Source: a virus
Taxonomy: Duplodnaviria > Heunggongvirae > Uroviricota > Caudoviricetes
Direction: 5' to 3' (one strand)
IMG/VR virus record: IMGVR_UViG_3300029305_011675
DNA: 64,000 nucleotides
Part shown: piece after piece, positions 1 to 6,737 of the stretch
Layout: every line of letters starts with the position of its first letter
Position numbering within the stretch: position 1 is the first letter of the stretch
Notes under the pieces: model-generated
What the model was told of the DNA's origin: nothing
What the model saw: only the letters and a program-made list of their open reading frames with translations
Database searches by the model: none
Made by a program: the position numbers and the translations under genes

Positions 1-179
1 GAATTGTACCAATGTTAGAAGTTGGAGACACCTTGGTCGGATACAACAACAATGTCACAATAATTTCTATTGAAACCAGACCTGCAATAGATAACTATAA
101 CACTTACAATTTAGGTGTTGCAAATTTCCACAATTACATTGTTAATGGTGTAGTTGTCCACAATGCAGGTTGCAAATAA
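1..179 (+). CDS. Partial CDS (3' end only; reading frame begins at nt 3): C-terminal Hint / bacterial intein-like (BIL) domain
   Basis: Frame ending TAA at 177-179 translates ...TYNLGVANFHNYIVNGVVVHNAGCK*. The HNF-x-x-NG-x-VVHN motif matches intein/Hint C-terminal blocks F/G. The 5' part lies outside the window. Confidence 0.45.
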   Translation, partial: IVPMLEVGDTLVGYNNNVTIISIETRPAIDNYNTYNLGVANFHNYIVNGVVVHNAGCK

Positions 180-185
180 TTTTCC

Positions 186-218
186 AAAAAGGACATCGAT
201 ATCGATGTCCTTTTTATG
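186..218 (+). terminator. Rho-independent terminator
   Basis: aaaaaggacatcgatatcgatgtccttttta: 10-bp perfect stem followed by a T-run. Confidence 0.75.
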
Positions 219-468
219 TTTTCTACTACCCAATAGCACTTCCCAAAAATTCAAACATTTTTGCCTTTTATCCCTATAATATTATCTATCTTCCCACTTC
301 AAAACCCCACAAAAATTAAACTTATGCAATAGACACCATTAAATAACAAAAAACAAAGAAGTAGACGACGGTGAATACAAATCTCCACGAAAAGTTCGTA
401 GAGATTTTTCATTGACAAGAAAAAAATCACGTATAGTAAATATACTATATGTGAAAGGATGATTTCTT

Positions 469-1776
469 ATGAAACTAAATATTAAATCCCGTAAGGGTTT
501 TACTTTAATTGAATTACTCGTAGTTATTGGCATTCTCGCAGTTCTTGCCGCTATCGCAATTCCTTCAGTTGCAGGACTTATTGACAGAGCAAATGTATCT
601 GCTGATAAAACTAATAGCAACGAGATGACAAATGCACTCGAAAGATTTGCTTCGGAGTATGAACTCTACTGTCAGGACATTGCCTCTGGTACATTAGACC
701 CAGATAATTTAGACAGTGCACAGGGTAGAGTTAAAAATGTAATTGATGTGACAACTCGTGCTGGTATTGAAGGAATCGAGTTCGCTCAAAATGCAACAGT
801 TGCTGATGATGTGATTGCAATTTATAGAGACACCAAATATCCTATGAATGCTTACACTATGCAAAAAGTTGTAGAAAACTATACAAAAACTTCCAGTTCC
901 ACCTTTGAACCAAAGCAATCAGATGTGCACTATTGGTATTCACCAGATTGTGGTGTTGTTGTAGTTGCAGAACCGACAAAAACTGCTGCTGAATTAGATA
1001 AGTATGCTATCTCTGGTATGGATGCAAAAGGTAATGATATCACATCAGACAGTGTAAATGCACAGTGGATTGACCTTACACTTGGTGCTACGTTAAGTGG
1101 AGACACTTCTCTTGATATGTCCACCGTTGATTCAACTCTTGCCAATAACGACTGGACAACAATTCAAGCAGTAATTCGTGCAGGAAAAGTTACCGATGCA
1201 GGTTGGAAAACAGGGGATTTGACTCCAAGTTTTACAATCAACGGGAATACAAGACAAGCACGGATTGTTGACATTGATAGTGATAAAGTTACATTTATGC
1301 TTACATCAAACATTGGCAACCACAGAATGACTGCACCAAGTACAGATTATCCTTGGGGCGATAATATCAATGGTTATACAGATACAGAAATGAAGACATG
1401 GTTGGATGGAGAAGTATATAATAATCTCGATGCAAATTTAAGAGCAGTAATTAGTCCTACAACCATTACATGTGCCGATGGTGATAATAATTTGAATAGC
1501 TCAAAGTGTGTAACTTGTTATTTATTCTTACCTTCCATCAAAGAGGTTGGTTTTAATGACGACATGTCTGGTTGGTACGAGTATATAACTGAAATTGAAG
1601 CAGAAGGCGAAACATTTGATTGGTTTGCCGACGACGGTTATGTTGACGATTGGTTCTGGCTTCGTTCGCCTTATTCTCGCTGTTATGAGGATTTCTTCTG
1701 TTATGGTCGTGGCGATGAATACCATGTCAATGCATACGATAGTCGTCCTGTTTACCCTGCCTTCGTCATCAGTTAA
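469..1776 (+). CDS. Large type IV pilin / pseudopilin-like protein (prepilin-type N-terminal cleavage/methylation domain)
   Basis: N-terminus MKLNIKSRKG|FTLIELLVVIGILAVLAAIAIP is a class III signal peptide with the G-F-T-L-I-E cleavage motif. RBS aaagga sits 10 nt upstream. Paralog of 4521..5519. Confidence 0.75.
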   Translation: MKLNIKSRKGFTLIELLVVIGILAVLAAIAIPSVAGLIDRANVSADKTNSNEMTNALERFASEYELYCQDIASGTLDPDNLDSAQGRVKNVIDVTTRAGIEGIEFAQNATVADDVIAIYRDTKYPMNAYTMQKVVENYTKTSSSTFEPKQSDVHYWYSPDCGVVVVAEPTKTAAELDKYAISGMDAKGNDITSDSVNAQWIDLTLGATLSGDTSLDMSTVDSTLANNDWTTIQAVIRAGKVTDAGWKTGDLTPSFTINGNTRQARIVDIDSDKVTFMLTSNIGNHRMTAPSTDYPWGDNINGYTDTEMKTWLDGEVYNNLDANLRAVISPTTITCADGDNNLNSSKCVTCYLFLPSIKEVGFNDDMSGWYEYITEIEAEGETFDWFADDGYVDDWFWLRSPYSRCYEDFFCYGRGDEYHVNAYDSRPVYPAFVIS

Positions 1777-1789
1777 TCATATATAATCT

Positions 1790-1818
1790 GGGGAACGAAA
1801 GTTCCCCGATTTTTTTAT
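1790..1818 (+). terminator. Rho-independent terminator of the pilin-like gene
   Basis: ggggaacgaaagttcccc + gattttttta. Confidence 0.8.
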
Positions 1819-1835
1819 GCATGCTCGTGAAAAAT

Positions 1836-1935
1836 ATCACCTACCCACCCACCCCACCATCCAACCCCATTCCCATAACCCACTAAAATAATTCACATCC
1901 CCTCGCCTATTCCCATAACCCACTAAAATAGTTCA
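1836..1935 (-). repeat. G-rich (minus strand) intergenic repeat; member of a 4-locus family
   Basis: The reverse complement contains ttttagtgggttatgggaatggggttggatggtggggtgggtgggtagg. It is homologous to + strand 33190-33235, and the internal 25-bp unit attcccataacccactaaaata(a/g)ttcac is duplicated. Confidence 0.55.
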
Positions 1936-2107
1936 CCCACCAATCCCTTTGTTCACGACTCATAAAAAAGAAAACTATTAACTACATTCCATTAACCAGC
2001 CTTAAATATACTAATAACGACACAATATTAAATACCCAATACTTCCATAACCCCACAGAACACCCTATAACACATCCAATATATAACCAATAACCGAATA
2101 TCCCCAA

Positions 2108-2161
2108 TAAAAGAAAAACGGTCTTACCCGCCCTAAAAGGCAGATAAGACCGCTATTTTTA
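2108..2161 (-). terminator. Bidirectional rho-independent terminator (ends the minus-strand operon 4027->2168)
   Basis: cggtcttacccgccctaaaaggcagataagaccg hairpin, flanked by an A-run on the 5' side and ctattttta on the 3' side. Confidence 0.7.
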
Positions 2162-2167
2162 TATTCC

Positions 2168-2977
2168 TCACGTATCCGCTTCATGTTTTGTATTGTATCG
2201 CTCAAGATAATACATAGAGTCACGATACCCATAGAGAAAGTCTACTCCCAAAACTGTCTGATAAATACCGCAACTAAATAGGGGATGGCATTCCAAAATT
2301 GCAGTGCCCTTATCAGAAACCGCAACGTCCATAGTATAACTTCTTGGATAATCTTTCTGCATAGAATAGATTAAGTTTGCCTTTTGTATCAAATTAACAT
2401 CGGGAAAAACCGTTGCATCACCATCATAATAAGCAATAGCATATAACTCTCCAGCGATAAAGTAAACTCGATATTCAGAACGAATATTCAAAATATCAGA
2501 AACTTGATACAAATCATCATCCTCAATAGGTCTTTTTTGCGACAGTGCATCGGGTTCATTGTAAATAGCATCTATTCGACCAGTATAAGAAAATGTTTTT
2601 AAGGTAGAAACATTTTTTATAAAATATGCTTTGTCCTTTGGAATATCTTTGCCGTACATTATACTATATTTTCTTTTCAAAAACTCATCCGTCCGTAAGC
2701 ATTTGGGAATCTCTATTGGATTCATTTTCTCTATATTTTTGAAAATATTAAGATATGCAGTAACGAAATTGATAGTGCCGAGCGGAATAGCATCTTTATA
2801 TTCATTTGGAAATTCAGTAGATTTTTTCAATTGTTTATCACCGTTATAAAAATCTGCTAAACGCATTTCAGCATAGTCAAAATGAGAATATTCAAGAAGT
2901 TCCTTTAATATAGCATAATCAACCTGCATCAACTTCATATCGTCTTGCGCTTGTAATATAAAAAACATATCATTCAC
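2168..2977 (-). CDS. Hypothetical protein (possible ATP-grasp-like fold, unverified); GTG start
   Basis: 269-aa ORF of normal complexity. Last gene of a 3-gene minus-strand operon. No confident motif. Confidence 0.5.
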   Translation of the reverse strand: MNDMFFILQAQDDMKLMQVDYAILKELLEYSHFDYAEMRLADFYNGDKQLKKSTEFPNEYKDAIPLGTINFVTAYLNIFKNIEKMNPIEIPKCLRTDEFLKRKYSIMYGKDIPKDKAYFIKNVSTLKTFSYTGRIDAIYNEPDALSQKRPIEDDDLYQVSDILNIRSEYRVYFIAGELYAIAYYDGDATVFPDVNLIQKANLIYSMQKDYPRSYTMDVAVSDKGTAILECHPLFSCGIYQTVLGVDFLYGYRDSMYYLERYNTKHEADT

Positions 2978-3043
2978 CCCACTGTCTTATTTTAGCATAT
3001 ATTATTCAGAATTACATTTTAACCCGAAGTAGATAAGAAGATA

Positions 3044-3415
3044 TTACTCATTATTGCTCTGAATACTCGTAATGGTATCTCCATATTTATCCGAGAAAGA
3101 CACCCACTCATCAACGAACTCTTTGTCAACGACCTGTCGCTCATAGATATTAAGTGGATTATATTTATTGGTAACTACAATAAAGTATTCGCCATCATCT
3201 TCATATACCTTTTCACCATCAAAGGTACAAACAATATTAGAGCCCTCTACGAAGTTATCTCTTGCCCCTTCAATATAGAAGCAAAAACCTCCAACGATAG
3301 AAAAAGCGAGTACGAAACAAAGAATGGATACCCATTTCTTCTTCGTAGAAAAAACAATAAATACCCAAATTAAAGGTGCTGCTAAAACGATAGTAATTGC
3401 CGCCAGTACATTCAT
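3044..3415 (-). CDS. Small membrane protein, hypothetical
   Basis: Hydrophobic N-terminal segments. RBS aaggagg 7 nt upstream of the ATG. 15 nt after the upstream gene. Confidence 0.6.
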   Translation of the reverse strand: MNVLAAITIVLAAPLIWVFIVFSTKKKWVSILCFVLAFSIVGGFCFYIEGARDNFVEGSNIVCTFDGEKVYEDDGEYFIVVTNKYNPLNIYERQVVDKEFVDEWVSFSDKYGDTITSIQSNNE

Positions 3416-3430
3416 ATATAATCCTCCTTA

Positions 3431-4027
3431 TTAAGCATCGGTTACGGTAAAGAAAATATTAGGGTGTTCTGCATCAAACAAATGAGACAACCATGTTTTT
3501 CTTTCATATCTTTCAAGTTTATCAATCAAAACATCGGAAAGCACATAGGTATTACCAAGCAGAGGAGTAAAACCTCTTTCCTTCTTAAAGATAGAACAAA
3601 GAAAAGAATACATTTCATAACTTTTCTGTTTTACCTTACAAATCTCCTTCTTTCGGAAAACCAGCATATCCTTGTTTTCCTTTTTGAGGAAATGAACACT
3701 TTCGTGCTTACCCATAGTATAGGAATCTCTTCCGTCGGTAAAGGTAATCTCTTTTCTCGAAGCGGTTTCAATTCGGGGAAGTTTCTTAAATCCACAAACT
3801 CTTTGGATTTTATCATAGTCATAATCTTGGGTAACTACATTGATGGGAATTCCAAAGTAATGTCTTGTTTCATCCTCTATATAAGAATTATTTCCTATGG
3901 GTTTCATCGTTAGTCCCTCTTTGAGTAATTCCCCATCACTATATGTTACATTAGGGTCTATATCAGGATATTCTCCTTTATAGAATGTTATTAGATATTT
4001 TTGAGTTCCATAATAGTCTGTTGTCAT
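3431..4027 (-). CDS. Hypothetical protein
   Basis: 198-aa ORF. First gene of the operon, driven by the promoter at 4112-4140. Confidence 0.55.
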   Translation of the reverse strand: MTTDYYGTQKYLITFYKGEYPDIDPNVTYSDGELLKEGLTMKPIGNNSYIEDETRHYFGIPINVVTQDYDYDKIQRVCGFKKLPRIETASRKEITFTDGRDSYTMGKHESVHFLKKENKDMLVFRKKEICKVKQKSYEMYSFLCSIFKKERGFTPLLGNTYVLSDVLIDKLERYERKTWLSHLFDAEHPNIFFTVTDA

Positions 4028-4111
4028 ATTTAATACTCTCTTCTTTCTTATAGTGTATTATGGTTATGTAGTGAATTCTTTTACAGGATTGTATTGGGGG
4101 AGTGTGAGTAT

Positions 4112-4140
4112 ATTATACCATAAATAGTTGGCAATGTCAA
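4112..4140 (-). promoter_or_regulatory. Sigma-A promoter (minus strand): TTGACA-17-TGGTATAAT
   Basis: The reverse complement reads ttgacattgccaactatttatggtataat, with an ~85-nt leader to the ATG at 4027. Confidence 0.7.
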
Positions 4141-4199
4141 CATAAAAGTTTCGTTTTGGGAAGATAAAAGAAGTTTCTTTTTTAAGTGGTTTAAGTAAA

Positions 4200-4440
4200 A
4201 TAATTTTTCTTTTTCAAAGGATTTTGTGGAGAACAGTGTCTCTCCCCAAAAGGGTTTTATGGAGAACAGTGTTTCTTTTTTGAGGGGGTTTGGGGAAATA
4301 GTTTTTCTTCCCCAAAGGGGTTTATGGAGAACAGTGTTTCTTTTTAAGAAGTTTAAGGAGAATAATTCTTCTTTTTTTAAGGGGGTTGGGAAAGAGTTTT
4401 TTCTTTTTGAGGGGGTTTTGGGGAGAAGGGTGGGCGGAAA
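4200..4440. repeat. Degenerate ~55-60-bp tandem repeat array (about 4 units), G-rich
   Basis: ggagaacagtgt(c/t)tct recurs 3 times (a 4th variant is ggagaataattct). tttttgaggggg(t)ttgggga occurs twice, and ccccaaa(a)gggtttatggagaacagtg occurs twice. The array is intergenic, between the operon start and the pilin-2 promoter. Confidence 0.7.
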
Positions 4441-4520
4441 AATAATTATTTGTAAATATCTTTGACAAGAAAAAAAAATCATCTATGCTATGTTTAACAT
4501 AAATGAAAGGATGATTTTTT

Positions 4521-5519
4521 ATGAAAATTTTAACTTCCCGAAAAGGTTTTACACTTATCGAGTTACTTGTGGTAATCGGAATTCTTGCTGTGTTGGCGGC
4601 AATTGCTATTCCTTCCGTTGCTGGACTTATCGACAGAGCAAATGTATCTGCGGATAACACCAATGCCAGTGAAATGACGAATGCGATGGAAAGGTTTGTA
4701 AGCGAATACGAATTATATAAGCAGGATATCGCATCTGGTGCAATCAAAGATGGAGACGGTGATGGAGTTCCTGATAATATGGATGCCGCACAAGGCAGAG
4801 TATATAATGTTACCAAAGCAGTAACCCGTGCTGATATTGAAAAACTCGAAAGTTTGGCAGGTTTCAACGGCATTCGCATCGATATTGATAATAAGTATGC
4901 ACAAAACCATGAAACCGCAAAAGCAGTTATGCAGAATTATATGAAGACCAGTTCTTCCACTTTCGAACCAAAGCAAAGCGACATGACTTATTGGTACAAT
5001 ACTGTAACGGGTTATACACTTGTTGCAGAAAAGAATATCGACACTTCCACTTTATCTGATTTATTACCTTCCAATATCAATTATTCACATACAAAAACTT
5101 CTCTAAATGAATGGATTGATTTATCTTCGGATACTAAAATACCAAATATTTCAATTATAGAAAATTCCTATATTGGAAAAGAAAATGGACTTTACTATAC
5201 AAAATATGACATGGTGCTTGTAAAAGAGGAAGGCATAAATGTTGATTTTGACAAAATATATATTATATATCATAGCGAAAATCATGGAGCGCTCAATATC
5301 AATACCGCCGCATCAAAAATCTTATTAAAAGACAGAATTGATGCAGGAGATTTTGCTTCGTTACAGAATCCCGACAAAAAAGTTGTTAACTTCAGCATCA
5401 CATATAGCACATCAAATGAAAATATAAATAAATATTTTAGATTAGTTTATGAATATGAAGAAAATGGTCAAACAAGATATGCCTATACATCAACTGTTGT
5501 AACTCCAATCACCCAATAA
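4521..5519 (+). CDS. Type IV pilin / pseudopilin-like protein, paralog of 469..1776
   Basis: N-terminus MKILTSRKG|FTLIELLVVIGILAVLAAIAIPSVAGLIDRANVSAD... is nearly identical to the first pilin over ~60 aa and similar over ~170 aa (it ends KTSSSTFEPKQSD). The C-terminal half is unrelated. Confidence 0.75.
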   Translation: MKILTSRKGFTLIELLVVIGILAVLAAIAIPSVAGLIDRANVSADNTNASEMTNAMERFVSEYELYKQDIASGAIKDGDGDGVPDNMDAAQGRVYNVTKAVTRADIEKLESLAGFNGIRIDIDNKYAQNHETAKAVMQNYMKTSSSTFEPKQSDMTYWYNTVTGYTLVAEKNIDTSTLSDLLPSNINYSHTKTSLNEWIDLSSDTKIPNISIIENSYIGKENGLYYTKYDMVLVKEEGINVDFDKIYIIYHSENHGALNINTAASKILLKDRIDAGDFASLQNPDKKVVNFSITYSTSNENINKYFRLVYEYEENGQTRYAYTSTVVTPITQ

Positions 5520-5596
5520 AAATGCAAAAAACCAGTTGACAAACCAAATTGTTTATGATATAATAAACGAGAAATCTAAACAAGGAGGTTATACCA

Positions 5597-6043
5597 ATGA
5601 GCATTCAAGAAACTGCAAAGCAGAATATGTATGCCGCTATGAAGGCGCACGACAAGCAGAAGAAAGATGCCTATGCAATGCTTTACGACCAACTTAAGAA
5701 GAAAGAAATCGACCTCCGTCACCCACTTACGGACGACGAGGAGATTGCCGTAGTCACAAAGATGGTCAAGCAGTGCAAGGACAGCATTGATTCTGTGCCA
5801 GAAGGCAAAGGTGGAGAATTCATTGAGAAGGTAAAATTCGAAATGGAAATCTATTCACAATTCCTTCCAACTTTGATGACCGAAGATGAAATCGTCGTTG
5901 TCATCAAGGAAACGATGGCAGAGTGTGGCATCGAAACTCTTGATAACAAGTCTCGTGGTTTGCTTATGAAGAACCTTATGCCAAAGGTTAAGGGCAAAGC
6001 AGATGGCAAACTCGTAGCAGACACCGTTAACAAGATGATGTAA
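5597..6043 (+). CDS. yqeY: GatB/YqeY domain-containing protein
   Basis: 148 aa. The pattern MS..E.....AMKA.DK..........LKKKE....H.LTDDE...V..K.VKQ....D......G matches the YqeY family. RBS aaggagg is present. Confidence 0.7.
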   Translation: MSIQETAKQNMYAAMKAHDKQKKDAYAMLYDQLKKKEIDLRHPLTDDEEIAVVTKMVKQCKDSIDSVPEGKGGEFIEKVKFEMEIYSQFLPTLMTEDEIVVVIKETMAECGIETLDNKSRGLLMKNLMPKVKGKADGKLVADTVNKMM

Positions 6044-6044
6044 T

Positions 6045-6135
6045 TGTAAAATAGAAACTTAAACCGAAACATAGAAACTTATTCTGAAACATAGGAAAGT
6101 TCTCTAAAAGTAGGTTTGAAACTTATTCCGAAACA
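6045..6135 (+). repeat. Tn7R-like end: four contiguous ~20-bp putative TnsB-binding repeats (consensus gaaactta-n4-gaaaca)
   Basis: Sites at 6053-6071, 6073-6091, 6093-6110 (degenerate) and 6117-6135, preceded by a terminal 8 bp tgtaaaat. Confidence 0.75.
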
Positions 6136-6164
6136 AATGTAAATAATCATTTAATCTAAAACAA

Positions 6165-6200
6165 AAAATCCCTCTCGTAATGAGAGGGATTTTATTTTTT
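6165..6200 (+). terminator. Rho-independent terminator just inside the transposon end
   Basis: atccctctcgtaatgagagggat + tttatttttt. Confidence 0.75.
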
Positions 6201-6443
6201 AATTATAAAAAACACATTCAATACTTGACTTTTTCAGAAAAAGTTTATATATTCTATATTATTGTTGAAAATTTTACACAAGGTTGGAGAAAGCACTCCG
6301 CACTTTAAAAGCAAATCTGTCATTCTTATTGTATCAAAAAAACATATAAATCAGTCAAAATTTATATTTTCCAGTATGCTTTTCTATAATATAAAACAAA
6401 TATGTGCAATAATTTATACAAAAATTAAGAAGGTGGTGAATCT

Positions 6444-6737
6444 GTGATGCAAATTAAATGTTTTATAAATGACAATTTTCGAACACTCTCTTATCTTTAT
6501 GATATTAAAGGTGAGGATAATCGTGCCCGTATCACACAACAAGAGGTGGCTGACGCTCTTGGAATTAGTCGCTCTACGCTAAACAAAATTATGAATGAAC
6601 TGAAAAAAGAAGGTTATGTCGAACAAGATGGTAACTATATGGGTCGCTATATTGTTACGAATGCAGCCATTTCAGTTATCGAGACATTTAGAAGTATTGA
6701 TAAAAACGATAGAGGAGGCACTTATGACAGAAATTAA
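6444..6737 (+). CDS. Small HTH transcriptional regulator
   Basis: 97 aa. ITQQEVADALGISRSTLNKIMNELKKEGYV is a classic helix-turn-helix. RBS aaggtgg. Overlaps the start of the next gene by 14 nt. Confidence 0.65.
   Translation: MMQIKCFINDNFRTLSYLYDIKGEDNRARITQQEVADALGISRSTLNKIMNELKKEGYVEQDGNYMGRYIVTNAAISVIETFRSIDKNDRGGTYDRN

Noticed and set aside
339-620. Minus-strand ORFs 339..620 and 4322..4879 overlapping the 5' ends of the two pilin genes
   Set aside because: Both are antisense translations of the conserved hydrophobic pilin N-terminal helix (both read ...LVLSADTFALSISPATEGIAIAA...). They have no RBS and are judged to be artefacts of the conserved pilin codon sequence.
4200-4440. Possible CRISPR array
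   Set aside because: The repeats are degenerate and directly abutting, without unique spacers. No cas genes are anywhere in the window.
4081-4482. ORF 4081..4482 (-) and 4226..4465 (+) across the tandem repeat array
   Set aside because: The translations are themselves periodic (K/P/L/F/G-rich) and mirror the DNA repeat. There is no RBS, so the region is treated as non-coding repeat.
6616-6723. 5' extension of the helicase ORF to 6616
   Set aside because: The extension overlaps the HTH gene in another frame and has no RBS. The ATG at 6724 is preceded by agaggagg at ideal spacing.
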